From Patescibacteria group bacterium (GTDB taxonomy: Bacteria; Patescibacteriota; Dojkabacteria; GCA-002793355): a stretch of 64,000 nucleotides of DNA. Of the stretch, positions 36,679-47,060 are shown in pieces (the first letter of the stretch is position 1; each line of letters opens with the position of its first letter). A program made the position numbers and the translations under genes. The DNA lies in the NCBI GenBank assembly GCA_016860985.1, contig BOKM01000001.1, forward strand, positions 527,462 through 591,461, given 5' to 3'. The notes under the pieces were generated by a model, which was given only the letters and a program-made list of their open reading frames with translations, had not been told where the DNA came from and did no database searches.

Positions 36679-37425
36679 ATGAAATTGCACGTGTATCTTC
36701 GAAACCTTGGTATCGGTTCTCGTCGCGCCGCAGAAGCACTCGTAAGTGAAGGAAGGGTTGAAGTCGATGGCAAAATCGGTACTGTTGGGCAGATAGTTGA
36801 GGGTTCGGAGCATATTAGAATCGATGGGCATGCAATTAGCGGGCAACTGTCAGGTGAAAAGTCGTATATACTGATTAATAAACCTGCTGGATATACCTCA
36901 ACAACCGCGCAGTTTTTTGACAACGAACACTCCGTTCTCGAAATTCTCCCATACGAGGTAAGGTCAAAGACTCAGTGGCAGATTGTGGGAAGATTAGATA
37001 AAAATTCTGAGGGGTTATTGTTACTCACTAATAATGGTGACGTCTCCTACACGTTAACTCATCCGAAGTTTGAAGTCGCGAAAGAATATGTAGTTGAAGT
37101 AAGTGGATCAATTAGTGAGCATCAGCAATCTGTATTGAAAAGTGGTTATCAGTCACCTACTGGAGTTACATACACGTTCAAAGAAATTCGACAAATTGGA
37201 AACTCGCAGTATTCAATCGTGCTCACCGAAGGAAAAAAACGTGAAATCAGAGAGGCTCTCGGCGCATTGCAGGTGCACGTACTCCGACTGAAGAGAATAA
37301 AGCTAGGTGTTCTGGAGCTTGGTGACTTAAAGGAAGGTGAGTGGCGAGAATTGAACCCTTCTGAGGTAAGCGAGTTAGCGCGATACGTCGAGCGGGTCAA
37401 GGATGCCGTTTTGCAAAAAGTGTAA
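36679..37425 (+). CDS. Pseudouridine synthase of the RsuA/RluB family.
   Basis: It has an N-terminal S4 domain (LHVYLRNLGIGSRRAAEALVSEGRVEVDG) and the catalytic motif GRLDKNSEGLLLLTNNGD. Confidence 0.8.
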   Translation: MKLHVYLRNLGIGSRRAAEALVSEGRVEVDGKIGTVGQIVEGSEHIRIDGHAISGQLSGEKSYILINKPAGYTSTTAQFFDNEHSVLEILPYEVRSKTQWQIVGRLDKNSEGLLLLTNNGDVSYTLTHPKFEVAKEYVVEVSGSISEHQQSVLKSGYQSPTGVTYTFKEIRQIGNSQYSIVLTEGKKREIREALGALQVHVLRLKRIKLGVLELGDLKEGEWRELNPSEVSELARYVERVKDAVLQKV

Positions 37426-37764
37426 CCATGCGATTAAGGCGGTTTCTTGTGTTTGTACGTTTTCTGTTTCTAGTGATTCTTCTGGATTTTGAGTGAAAAC
37501 GAGTAATTTTTCTCCTTTTTTGAAGTAGTTGAGACTTTCTCGGAGTTGCTTTTCGATAAAAAATGGACTGTTAATGTAATCTAGCTCGTTTTTCTTTTTA
37601 ATAACTTCTAGGTACTGAGCTTCTGTTTGCTTTTTTCGCTCCTGATATACTGAACCGACGTTGTATGATTCGATGACCGAACGTGCTGCATTGACCGAAA
37701 GAATGGCACATGCTGCAAGAAAGAGTAGGGAGAGAACCGGCTTATTCATATAAAAGTATAACAC
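37375..37764 (-). CDS. Septum formation initiator (FtsB/DivIC-like).
   Basis: It has an N-terminal TM helix and a coiled coil, and its C-terminus (DYINSPFFIEKQLRESLNYFKKGEKLLVF) matches the DivIC/FtsB pattern. Confidence 0.4.
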   Translation of the reverse strand: MLYFYMNKPVLSLLFLAACAILSVNAARSVIESYNVGSVYQERKKQTEAQYLEVIKKKNELDYINSPFFIEKQLRESLNYFKKGEKLLVFTQNPEESLETENVQTQETALIAWLHFLQNGILDPLDVSR

Positions 37765-37910
37765 TGATTTTTGTTACTGTTCCATTGAAATGGAGAAGTA
37801 TCCTTGGTATAATTATTATAAGTCTGACAGGTAACCTTCCGTAGCTGCCTTGTAAATAGCTATGGACAATGTCTAATTGTCGGAATAGATTAAATGAATG
37901 GTAGACTAGA

Positions 37911-38795
37911 ATGGCTCTTGTGGGAGAATTGATTGCGAAGTTCATAGAGTACTTAAAAGAAAAGGGCAAGTCTAACTCTACTCTTATTGCATATAAAAAG
38001 GATATCGAGCAAGTTCAGGAATTTCTCTCTGACAAAGGTGTCTCTACAATCGAGGCAGTCACAACAGAGCAATTAAAGGCCTTTTTGCAATATGTTCAAG
38101 TGGAAAAGGGGTTTAACCTTAAAACAGTTTCAAGAAAAATTAATAGTATTCGAACCTTTTTTAAATATCTTCGAGAGCAGGGGTATGTTCCATCAGAAAA
38201 AGATCCTTCACTAAAGCTTTCGCATCCAAAAATTGAGGCTAGACTTCCTCGAACACTCAATAAAATTGAGTACCGCGCACTCCGAGATGCAAGTAGAGTA
38301 GACGTTCGATTGTACACAATGGTAGAACTTTTACTTCAAACAGGGCTTAGAATTGGAGAACTTCAAAGGCTCAGTACCGATGATATTCGGGTGACTCCGT
38401 TAGGCCACAGGTATCTTCATATTCAAACTTTCGGTTCTCATGCTATGAGGAATGTTCCGTTAAACGAAACTGCATATCAATCAATTCAAGATTACCTAAG
38501 AGTACGACCTGCTTCTGCAGTTGGAATAAAAAGTATCTTTATCACAAAGAGTGGAAATCCAATTCCAATCAGAAATATGCGTTCAGCAATAAAACGAGCA
38601 TTTTCCCGCGCTGGAATTAAGAATGCCACAGTAAACGATATTCGAAACACGTTCATTGCGCATCATCTTGCAAATGGAGTTAATGTCCTTACTGTTGCAA
38701 AAATCGTTGGTCACAAACGAATCTCAACAACCGAAAAGTACCTCGATGTGGTCAAAGCTACAGAGGGAGACAAAGACAGTCTAAAAGAACTGTAG
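37911..38795 (+). CDS. Tyrosine site-specific recombinase (XerC/XerD or phage-integrase family).
   Basis: It has an N-terminal SAM-like domain, the catalytic Arg (TGLRIGEL), an HxxR box (AHHLANG) and tyrosine (RISTTEKYL). It is 294 aa and lies 0.6 kb from tRNA-Met. Confidence 0.75.
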   Translation: MALVGELIAKFIEYLKEKGKSNSTLIAYKKDIEQVQEFLSDKGVSTIEAVTTEQLKAFLQYVQVEKGFNLKTVSRKINSIRTFFKYLREQGYVPSEKDPSLKLSHPKIEARLPRTLNKIEYRALRDASRVDVRLYTMVELLLQTGLRIGELQRLSTDDIRVTPLGHRYLHIQTFGSHAMRNVPLNETAYQSIQDYLRVRPASAVGIKSIFITKSGNPIPIRNMRSAIKRAFSRAGIKNATVNDIRNTFIAHHLANGVNVLTVAKIVGHKRISTTEKYLDVVKATEGDKDSLKEL

Positions 38796-38798
38796 GTA

Positions 38799-39041
38799 AT
38801 GGAGGCAAAGTATTCCTCAAAATTTTCTGGAGAAAGAGATTGGATTGATGAAACTTCTGGTGCATACGTTCGGATGGTTGGGCTCCAAGTTTCTGCGTAT
38901 CAGGACTGTGCGGTCTCTTTATCAATGTTCGCTTCGGATCGTCATGTGTGGCCGGATGTACTCGGTCGTTTTGCGCATGGAAAATTGAACTTAACGGAGG
39001 TGGGTGAACAAAATAAACGAGCGGAACGCTATCTTTCGTAG
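38799..39041 (+). CDS. Small hypothetical protein.
   Basis: It is an 80-aa ORF between the recombinase and tRNA-Met with no motif. Confidence 0.2.
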   Translation: MEAKYSSKFSGERDWIDETSGAYVRMVGLQVSAYQDCAVSLSMFASDRHVWPDVLGRFAHGKLNLTEVGEQNKRAERYLS

Positions 39042-39077
39042 TTAAAAACTCGAATATCGTTTGATCATATTTGGGAG

Positions 39078-39347
39078 ATGCTGTCCTACGACTCTAACGG
39101 GAGCAATATTCACTTTGCTCTCCGATTTCCGGTACTTGTAGATGAAGTTATTGGTCAGCTCGGTGGTGGAGTGCGTGTAGTTTATGATAATAGTAAGGTT
39201 AGACGTGGTACTGAAAAGATCGAGGGATTTACAACAAAACTAATGGAGTGGAGAATGAAAAGTGGAGACTTAAGCAAAAGAGAAGTTCATTATTTTCCTG
39301 CAAAAAAACAAGGTGAGCGAAACATGTGGATATACGTTGTTGAGTAG
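39078..39347 (+). CDS. Small hypothetical protein.
   Basis: It is an 89-aa ORF between the recombinase and tRNA-Met with no motif. Confidence 0.2.
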   Translation: MLSYDSNGSNIHFALRFPVLVDEVIGQLGGGVRVVYDNSKVRRGTEKIEGFTTKLMEWRMKSGDLSKREVHYFPAKKQGERNMWIYVVE

Positions 39348-39371
39348 TCGGTAGAGCGTGAAGCATAAGAA

Positions 39372-39380
39372 TGATATAAT
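39372..39380 (+). promoter_or_regulatory. Extended -10 promoter (TGaTATAATTC) 10 nt upstream of tRNA-Met.
   Basis: TGATATAAT at 39372..39380. Confidence 0.45.
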
Positions 39381-39390
39381 TCCACATAAC

Positions 39391-39464
39391 GGTGGCGTAG
39401 CTCAGCTGGTTAGAGCATGGGATTCATAACCCCAAGGTCAGCAGTTCGATCCTGCTCGCCACCA
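39391..39464 (+). tRNA. tRNA-Met (anticodon CAT), elongator-type. It could alternatively be a lysidine-modified Ile2 tRNA.
   Basis: Hand-folded: acceptor GGTGGCG/CGCCACC with a paired 1:72, D-arm GCTC-AGCTGGTTA-GAGC, anticodon loop TTCATAA, T-arm AGCAG-TTCGATC-CTGCT, discriminator A. Confidence 0.75.
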
Positions 39465-39595
39465 ATTTCTCTATTCAATATTTTCCGTTAGCAATCTACC
39501 ATGTAGTCTGCTACAATAGACAGCTGGTGTGGTAGCGCAGTTACTGTAAAATCGAAAATGCGTACCATAACCGAACTAATTCAACCAATACAATA

Positions 39596-41518
39596 ATGGC
39601 AAAAAAGAACGAGCAAGAAAGAGCAGTAATCGTAGAAGGTGAGATTACCGCAGATACAGTTAAAAAAGGAATGTGGGTCGTCGCATTAATCGCGATTATT
39701 TTCTTTGTATATCAGATGTATTCCTCATGGCAAATGGGGGCAGAAATCTCAATGGGTGAGGCAGTAAAAATTATCCAAGAAAAGAAAGCAGAAAAAGTAG
39801 TCGAACAAGGAAATTTGATTTTAATTGAGCAAACTGACAAATCAAGAAAATTCGCTCAGGTCGGAAACAAGACAGACTTTGCAAAATTACTGCAGGATGC
39901 CGGAGTCAACATAGCAGAGGTTAACTATCGCCCTAGCACTTCAAACCTATCTGACCAGCTCTTGAATTTTGCTGGATTGGCACTTATGGGTATTATGGCT
40001 TATGGCGTGTGGAGTTTTGTTCGTGCAATTCAACGGCAAAATGCAACGGGTGGTGGGCTTTCCTCTTTTGGAAAAAGCGGAGCTAGTGTCATTATTGGTA
40101 AAAGGCCAAACGTCACCTTCAATGATGTTGCAGGAACGAAAGAAGCAAAAGAAGAGATTAAAGAAATTGTTGACTTCCTTAAGAATCCAAAGCAATTTTT
40201 CGATATGGGTGCACGAATTCCTCGAGGAGTGTTACTTGTTGGTGAACCAGGTACAGGAAAAACTCTTTTGGCTCGTGCAGTAGCAGGAGAAGCAAAGGTT
40301 CCGTTCTTTCACACTTCTGGTCCTGAATTCGAAGAGATGCTCGTTGGTGCGGGTGCTGCAAGAGTACGAGATTTATTCAAGAGAGCAAAAAATCTTGCCC
40401 CAAGTATTATCTTTATCGACGAAATTGATGCAGTTGCTCGAAGAAGAGGTATGGATTACAAATCCTCGCATTCGGAACAAACTTTAAACCAGATTTTGGT
40501 CGAGATGGATGGTTTCGAAAAGCGTGATGCAGTTATTGTTATTGCAGCTACAAATAGACCAGATGTGCTCGATCCAGCAATTTTACGTCCAGGACGATTT
40601 GATAGAAATGTCCGACTTGCTCTTCCAGACATTACCGAAAGACAAGAAATCCTCAAAGTACACGCAAAAAATAAAAAGCTCGGTGCTGATGTCGATTTAG
40701 AAAAGGTTGCCCAGTTTACTGTTGGTTTCTCTGGTGCTGACTTAGAAAATGTATTGAACGAAGCTGCGATATTAGCGGTAAGGAATAAGCGTACTGAAAT
40801 TCTTAGTGAAGATATTCACGAAGCGACGCTCAAAACCTCAATGGGGCCACGAAGAGGGAGTCTTATGATGTCGGAATCTGATTTGCGATCTACCGCTTTC
40901 CACGAAGCGGGACACGCAATTGTGGGCACTTACCTAAAAGAGGCTGCACCTGTAAAGGCCGTAACGATAGTGCCAAGAGGGATCTCACTTGGTATGACTA
41001 TGCATGACCAAGGTGACCGCTATAGCCAGTCAAAGCAGTATCTTTTGGACGAAATTGCAGTTCTTGCTGCGGGTAGAGTTGCAGAAGAATTAGTTTACGG
41101 AAAAGATAACGTCTCGACCGGTGCCTCAAACGATATTGAGCGAGCTTCTCGCTATGCAACATTAATGGTTAAGACCGTTGGTTTAAGCGATAAAATTGGG
41201 TTTGTACAGTTCGATAAAGATGAAGATTTTGATATCTTTACCTCAAAGCACAAATATAGCGAGCAAACCGCACAAGTAATGGATAAAGAAATTTCTGACA
41301 TCCTAAATACGCAGTATAACGTAGCGAAAAAGCTCCTCCAAAGAGAGAGAAAGCTCCTTGATGTTGTAGCGCAAGAGTTGCTTAAGCGAGAAACAATGAC
41401 CGGTGATTTTCTTATGACGTTGGTTGCTGAACACGGAAAGGAGAAACCACCAGTTAAAGAAAAACCACAACTCTTGAGTGTGACGGAGTGGATTAAGTCT
41501 CGCCAAACAGAAGAATAA
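39596..41518 (+). CDS. ftsH: ATP-dependent zinc metalloprotease FtsH.
   Basis: It has an N-terminal TM, an AAA+ Walker A ([21 protein letters not shown]), a Walker B ([10 protein letters not shown]), the SRH, and the HEAGHAIVG zinc motif. It is 640 aa. Confidence 0.9.
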   Translation: MAKKNEQERAVIVEGEITADTVKKGMWVVALIAIIFFVYQMYSSWQMGAEISMGEAVKIIQEKKAEKVVEQGNLILIEQTDKSRKFAQVGNKTDFAKLLQDAGVNIAEVNYRPSTSNLSDQLLNFAGLALMGIMAYGVWSFVRAIQRQNATGGGLSSFGKSGASVIIGKRPNVTFNDVAGTKEAKEEIKEIVDFLKNPKQFFDMGARIPRGVLLVGEPGTGKTLLARAVAGEAKVPFFHTSGPEFEEMLVGAGAARVRDLFKRAKNLAPSIIFIDEIDAVARRRGMDYKSSHSEQTLNQILVEMDGFEKRDAVIVIAATNRPDVLDPAILRPGRFDRNVRLALPDITERQEILKVHAKNKKLGADVDLEKVAQFTVGFSGADLENVLNEAAILAVRNKRTEILSEDIHEATLKTSMGPRRGSLMMSESDLRSTAFHEAGHAIVGTYLKEAAPVKAVTIVPRGISLGMTMHDQGDRYSQSKQYLLDEIAVLAAGRVAEELVYGKDNVSTGASNDIERASRYATLMVKTVGLSDKIGFVQFDKDEDFDIFTSKHKYSEQTAQVMDKEISDILNTQYNVAKKLLQRERKLLDVVAQELLKRETMTGDFLMTLVAEHGKEKPPVKEKPQLLSVTEWIKSRQTEE

Positions 41519-42376
41519 ATGGCAAGCCAGCTGTCTGTTTTTGCGCAGCTGGGGGATTTTGCTCTTTCTCTGTGGCCATTACTTATTTTAATTGCAGGAT
41601 TGATTCTTTTATCCAAGGTACTGAAGCATCCATTTTTAAAAAAGGTGAGTATGGCGATTGGCGTAACTTTGGTTGTTGTATTGCTTGGCCTTAAGCTCCT
41701 CTTTCTTTTCTTGTATCCGATAAAACCAATAGAGTACAAAGTTCCGGTTTCGGAGAATCTGATGCTTAAGGTCGAATTCAGTCATGGGCGTTTGCAGATA
41801 AATACGAATCAAAATTCAGGCGAAATGGTGCTTAATTCTCTCGACACTTCACGTGGGCATGTTCTTTCAACAGAGGATTATACTGAATTTTTGGAGGGAA
41901 AAGAGTCTCGTGTAAAAGCGTATGTCTTGCGAAGACAATTGCAAGAAACGCTACTTACAAGAACAAAAAGTGAGGCAACGCTACTTATTCCGAAAGACTA
42001 CAACGGAGCTGCTACCATGGCACTCTATGAGGCGTCGGGCGAGTTCGATTTGAAGGACTCAACACTACAATCACTTACGGTCAGCCTTTTTGCCTCGAAT
42101 GTGCGTGTGTTTCTTCCAAAATCGGAGAAATTTAACTCGTTTACGTTAAAGGGAGGGAGTCAATTGGCTGCAGAAATATTTATACCTGAAGACGCAACTA
42201 TAGTGTTGCGAGATCTTCGTGGAGTATTAAATACTGCTCCGGAAGGATTCGCCAAAGAGTCTGATGGTGTGTATAGAAAGCAAGGTATATCGAGTAATTC
42301 TTTTGAGCTCATTATTGATACTGCACCCCCGCGCGCACTTGCAGTTAAGCGATATTCTCAGCATAATACTCAATGA
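41519..42376 (+). CDS. Hypothetical membrane-anchored protein.
   Basis: It is 285 aa with N-terminal TM helices, and its start overlaps the ftsH stop. Confidence 0.3.
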   Translation: MASQLSVFAQLGDFALSLWPLLILIAGLILLSKVLKHPFLKKVSMAIGVTLVVVLLGLKLLFLFLYPIKPIEYKVPVSENLMLKVEFSHGRLQINTNQNSGEMVLNSLDTSRGHVLSTEDYTEFLEGKESRVKAYVLRRQLQETLLTRTKSEATLLIPKDYNGAATMALYEASGEFDLKDSTLQSLTVSLFASNVRVFLPKSEKFNSFTLKGGSQLAAEIFIPEDATIVLRDLRGVLNTAPEGFAKESDGVYRKQGISSNSFELIIDTAPPRALAVKRYSQHNTQ

Positions 42377-43080
42377 TGACTGCCAAAGAGAGGTTTGACT
42401 CAAACGATTTTCTTCGAATATTGTGTGTTGGCGACATTCAAACCGCGCAACCTTATTTTAAACCTTCCTGGATCGACTGGATGGCCAGAACCTTGCAAGA
42501 GGCAGGAGATTTGCAGATAGCATGGAGAAGACAGGTGACATCAAGCGCGGTAAGCCGAGCAACTCCAAAACATGTTGCCACTTATTACCGTCACTATGTT
42601 GAGCAGTACAGACCCGACATTGTCCTTGTGAGTTTTGGTGTTACGCCAATGTATCCCACCTATATCGAAAAACAATTTGCCGCAGAGCTCGACAGTCTCT
42701 TACTTCGGTTAGAAAAGCAATCAGTAACAACCGTGCTTTGGTCCCCATATCCGCTTTTGGCTGGTTTACAAAGAGAAGTATCGCTCTCGTTAAACTCCCT
42801 GTATAAGCAAAAAGCAATAGAAAGAGGTATTCAATTTATAGACCTATATCATGAATTCGATGAAGTAGAATTGTCAAAGATTTTTACCTTCAAAGTCGGG
42901 GTGAAAAATGATCTCTTTGGATTAAGTGTTGGTGATATTGATCCAATTACATTAAACGAAATTGGGCAATACATCATTGCAAAGAAGATAGTGTACGATT
43001 TGTTTAGAATTGCACTCCCGCAAAGTGATTACGGTTCATTTGTTACTCCCGCACTTGATTCTGTAAAAAAGTGGGCATAG
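42373..43080 (+). CDS. Possible SGNH/GDSL-like hydrolase-fold protein with a substituted nucleophile.
   Basis: ILCVGDIQ sits where the GDSx block I would be (Ser replaced by Ile), and there is a DLYHEF block-V-like DxxH. The assignment is weak. Confidence 0.25.
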   Translation: MMTAKERFDSNDFLRILCVGDIQTAQPYFKPSWIDWMARTLQEAGDLQIAWRRQVTSSAVSRATPKHVATYYRHYVEQYRPDIVLVSFGVTPMYPTYIEKQFAAELDSLLLRLEKQSVTTVLWSPYPLLAGLQREVSLSLNSLYKQKAIERGIQFIDLYHEFDEVELSKIFTFKVGVKNDLFGLSVGDIDPITLNEIGQYIIAKKIVYDLFRIALPQSDYGSFVTPALDSVKKWA

Positions 43081-43114
43081 TTGTATAAAACACAGCGGTG
43101 TCCTATAATACAAT

Positions 43115-44152
43115 GTGGCGCAAACTTTTCCATTTAGTATAATCGACAAGCCGATTCAAGTAGAATATCTTGAGCATCTTTCGTCTGCAGAAGTAACCCG
43201 TTGTGTTTCGTTAAACCACGACGAGAGAATCGATATGCAACCTCAAGATCCAGCTATTGAAGACGCCTTACACTGTGGGAATATCGAACGAATTGTTCCA
43301 GTTGGAACACTGCTGCATAGTACAATTCTTACCTTTCTTTCAAGAGCCGCGAAAAAAGGAGATATTCGAGACGAGCGAGGTGAGGGAAGACGTTCAAAAA
43401 GTGTGAGAGAACTCTATGCACTCTTTGAAAGAGAAGTAAAATCGGGGAATATTCACCTTGCAGAAACGCGTACAAGGCACATGGCGTATATCGTTAATGA
43501 GATGACAACTAGTAGGCTAGTGGCTCATGATGTGGGAGAGCAATTGATGAGGTACAAGAGTGAGGGCTCGGCTAATGCGATGGTGGCAAAGGAATTTCTA
43601 GTCCATTGTTCCAAGTTTCAATATATTGGTGAAGTCCCCCTCGCAATGATGATTCATAAAATGTATGCAAGCGACGAGAGACCAGTCATGTACGATGCGG
43701 CTCGAATAAGCACCCAGGTAAGAGATGGGATTACATCGTTGTTTGATAGAAATGGAACGACGGTATCGTTGCCATCAAAGATAGAAAAATTGCAGGAACT
43801 ACAACGAAATGCGCGAGTCGGTTTCTTTGATGAAGAATTTTTACAAACAAAAGAAGTCCCAATTCATAGAGCTATTGTGTTTTCCTTCCCTTCTCTTCTC
43901 GACGGAATCATGTTTTCAATTGCAAATAGAAGGGTTAGCTTTAGACACGAACGAGAGGTTTGGGAAAGGGTTGCAGACGACGCGAGACGACAAGTAGATG
44001 CCTTACCAGATGATCCGTCAGAATACATTCTGTTAAAAGAGGTAACCCTTAGTAACCCAATTGTGGTTCACCCCCGCGAGTGGGTTCATAAAATGGGACT
44101 AGATCCAGCTTCGATGCTAGACGATATGAGAACGTATTACCGAAGTTTGTAG
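43115..44152 (+). CDS. Hypothetical protein.
   Basis: It is a 345-aa ORF with no motif. Confidence 0.3.
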   Translation: MAQTFPFSIIDKPIQVEYLEHLSSAEVTRCVSLNHDERIDMQPQDPAIEDALHCGNIERIVPVGTLLHSTILTFLSRAAKKGDIRDERGEGRRSKSVRELYALFEREVKSGNIHLAETRTRHMAYIVNEMTTSRLVAHDVGEQLMRYKSEGSANAMVAKEFLVHCSKFQYIGEVPLAMMIHKMYASDERPVMYDAARISTQVRDGITSLFDRNGTTVSLPSKIEKLQELQRNARVGFFDEEFLQTKEVPIHRAIVFSFPSLLDGIMFSIANRRVSFRHEREVWERVADDARRQVDALPDDPSEYILLKEVTLSNPIVVHPREWVHKMGLDPASMLDDMRTYYRSL

Positions 44153-44184
44153 TAACTAATCGTTTCAAAATTTTTCTCTGAAAA

Positions 44185-47052
44185 GTGGGGTATAATTGTT
44201 ATATGTTAACAAAGGGTCTATTACTAGCAGTTGATGCCAACTCACTTTTACACAGAGCTTACCACGCATATCCGCTCTCGCTCACAACTACAGACGGGCA
44301 GCCTGTAAACGCGGTATACGGGTTCACTTCCATGTTTTTAGACGCCTTACTGCAATATAAACCAGAGTATGTGTTCTGTGCTTTTGATACCAAAAAACCG
44401 ACTTTTCGACATGTATCATATACAGGGTATAAGGCGAATCGTCCGGAAACTGACTCTGAGTTGGTTGGGCAAATTCCGTATGTTTATGAAGTGTTACAGT
44501 CGCTAAATATTCCAATTTTTGATATCGAAGGGTATGAGGCAGATGATATTTTGGGGACTGTTTGCGCAAAGGTTGCAACCGAACGATTTTGGCCAATTGC
44601 TCAAACCTATGTCTTAACAGGAGATAGAGACTTGTTTCAATTAGTGAACGAAAAGGTCCAGGTAATAATGCCAAAGGGGAGCTTTAGAAACCTTGAGCAG
44701 TTTACAGAAGAAAAAGTTTTAGCTTCAATGGGGGTCGCTCCACAATATGTTCCTGACTTAAAGGGGTTGATGGGTGACTCCTCTGATAATATTCCAGGGG
44801 TAAGAGGGATTGGTCCAAAGACGGCAGTTGAATTACTCACAAATTACCATACAGTCCAAGAGATATATCAGCATCTTGAAGATATTCAGATAAAGAACAA
44901 GCGCACTGCACAGTTATTAATTGATGGGCATGAGAGTGCAATAATGAGTAAAGAGCTCGCAACTATCGCGCTCGATGCGCCTGTTACCTTTTCTCCCGAT
45001 GCTGCAGAAACAAGAACCTTTAGCCCACAAGTAGCGTCGCAAGTGTTTAGCAAACTCCAATTTAAGAGCTTGTTTCCACGATTAAATCGTTTTGTGACTC
45101 TGACAGGCAATGCGTTTGCTCAAAGTAACCCAGGGCAGTTGACTATGCAAGCACAAAACAAAGAGGAAGTTGTTGAAAAAGCAAAAGAACTTGGCGATGT
45201 ACGAAAAGCAACATATTCGACACTCTCAGTTCAGGGAAAAGATATCGGAGAGCGAATAAAGCTTTTGTTTCAACAGCGCAAAGCAGACTCGTGGAAATTA
45301 CTCATATATTGTAATGAGACGCTTTACAGTGCCGAATTTGAAATACCAAAGAATACAACCAAACAGCTAAAAACAATAACTTTCGGTCTGTTCGATTTAT
45401 TGAATGCTGCGCCAAGTGGTGAGATTACACTTAGTGCAGCCGATATGCCGTTAAATGAAATACTTGATATTGAACTTCTTTCTTACGCGCAATATACAGG
45501 CAGAGGTGACTATTCGCTTCAGCAAGATTTGTTACAAGCGGGGTTAGGGAATCTTTCAGACGAACTTGCAACAAATCAAGAAAAAGTTACCGAAATAGCT
45601 CTTTATAGAATGGCGGAGGAGTTCGCAAAAGCCTCTGCTTATGAGCCACTCCCGAGAGTTCTTGATTTATGGGATCGTTTGGTCAATGTCAGCGAGTGGG
45701 GCGGATGTCTACCTTATGCAATAACAATGAGAGAGGATATCCCAGCAGCAATTGGTGTTGCGCTTATGCACCAACGCGGAATTAGTATCGATATGGCGAT
45801 GGTTCGAAACAAGATTGAGGAATATAAGGCGATTATTGCTCGAGTCGAAAAAGATATTTACGAAAGTGTCGGGTTCGAGTTTAACATCCGCTCACCACGG
45901 CAGTTGGCAAATGTACTTTTTGGAAATCTAAGTCTACCTAATGCGAGAAAAACAAAGACCGGATACTCAACCGATGATGAAGTGTTGCAAGGTCTACTCG
46001 ATGCCCATCCCGTTATTAGTAAAATTATTGAGTTTAGGCAGGTTTCAAAATTAGTTTCAACATACATGGAGCCCTATTTGGAGCTGGCCAGAAAACAAAG
46101 TGACAGCGCAGTGGAGCCAGCTGAAACGGCATCTCAAATGAGTATGTTCGGGAACACAGAGCAGCCAAAAGTAAGTGAGTCGTTTGTAGAAGCATCCTCA
46201 AGTGGTGACAGAATACGTGTTCATTCTACCTTCTCCGTTACAAGTACCACGTCGGGGAGACTTTCGTCGGTTAATCCGAACCTTCAGAATCTTCCAGTGA
46301 AAACTGAAATTGGGAAAGTAATCAGAAGCTTTTTTGTTCCTGATGAGGGTAAAAAATTGGTGTCGATTGATTATTCTCAGATAGACTTGAGAGTACTCGC
46401 GCACATCTCCCAAGACAAAGGCTTGATTGAGGCCTTCCAACAGGGGAGAGATATTCATAGAAGTACGGCAGCAAAAATTTTTCACAAACCATTTGAAGAG
46501 GTGACAGATAGTCAGCGACGTTTTGCAAAGAGTATTAACTTCGGCCTCGTTTACGGAATGTCTCCTTTCGGACTTTCGCGGTCAATTGGAGTAGATGTTA
46601 AGGAAGCCACCTCTTTTATTGAGGAATACTTTGCCCAATTCCCAGGAGTAAAAGAGTATATGAACCAAACAATTTTATTTGCAAGAGAAAAAGGATACGT
46701 AACTTCCTTGCTTGGGAGAAGACGATATATTGCGGGTATTGCCACTAACAATAAGATGCGCGCACAAGCCTCAGAAAGAGAAGCAATAAACATGCCAATC
46801 CAAGGCGGCGCAGATGACATTATGCGGTTGGCTCTTGGTAAAATTTCTCTTTTGCCTGAGGTCCTTTCCGGCGAGATCAAACTTGTACTTCAAGTTCACG
46901 ATGAGCTGGTTTTTGAAATGAACGATTACGAATCTGCCCAAGGATATCTGCAACGAGAGATCGATAAGCTTATCGATATTATGGAAAACGTCTTGGTACT
47001 AGATGTACCACTAAAGGCAGAAGCAGAAATTGGAAATAGTTTGAGTATGTAG
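44185..47052 (+). CDS. polA: DNA polymerase I.
   Basis: It has an N-terminal 5'-3' exonuclease (LLLAVDANSLLHRAYHA), polymerase motif A (DYSQIDLRVLAHIS), motif B (RRFAKSINFGLVYGMS) and motif C (LQVHDELVFE). It is 955 aa. Confidence 0.85.
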   Translation: MGYNCYMLTKGLLLAVDANSLLHRAYHAYPLSLTTTDGQPVNAVYGFTSMFLDALLQYKPEYVFCAFDTKKPTFRHVSYTGYKANRPETDSELVGQIPYVYEVLQSLNIPIFDIEGYEADDILGTVCAKVATERFWPIAQTYVLTGDRDLFQLVNEKVQVIMPKGSFRNLEQFTEEKVLASMGVAPQYVPDLKGLMGDSSDNIPGVRGIGPKTAVELLTNYHTVQEIYQHLEDIQIKNKRTAQLLIDGHESAIMSKELATIALDAPVTFSPDAAETRTFSPQVASQVFSKLQFKSLFPRLNRFVTLTGNAFAQSNPGQLTMQAQNKEEVVEKAKELGDVRKATYSTLSVQGKDIGERIKLLFQQRKADSWKLLIYCNETLYSAEFEIPKNTTKQLKTITFGLFDLLNAAPSGEITLSAADMPLNEILDIELLSYAQYTGRGDYSLQQDLLQAGLGNLSDELATNQEKVTEIALYRMAEEFAKASAYEPLPRVLDLWDRLVNVSEWGGCLPYAITMREDIPAAIGVALMHQRGISIDMAMVRNKIEEYKAIIARVEKDIYESVGFEFNIRSPRQLANVLFGNLSLPNARKTKTGYSTDDEVLQGLLDAHPVISKIIEFRQVSKLVSTYMEPYLELARKQSDSAVEPAETASQMSMFGNTEQPKVSESFVEASSSGDRIRVHSTFSVTSTTSGRLSSVNPNLQNLPVKTEIGKVIRSFFVPDEGKKLVSIDYSQIDLRVLAHISQDKGLIEAFQQGRDIHRSTAAKIFHKPFEEVTDSQRRFAKSINFGLVYGMSPFGLSRSIGVDVKEATSFIEEYFAQFPGVKEYMNQTILFAREKGYVTSLLGRRRYIAGIATNNKMRAQASEREAINMPIQGGADDIMRLALGKISLLPEVLSGEIKLVLQVHDELVFEMNDYESAQGYLQREIDKLIDIMENVLVLDVPLKAEAEIGNSLSM

Positions 47053-47060
47053 TCCTTTTA

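Noticed and set aside
39520-39580. tRNA-like start GGTGTGGTAGCGCAG downstream of tRNA-Met.
   Set aside because: It cannot be folded into a cloverleaf: the D-loop would be over 20 nt, and there is no anticodon or T-arm. It is probably part of the ftsH leader or promoter region (a TACAAT box is nearby).
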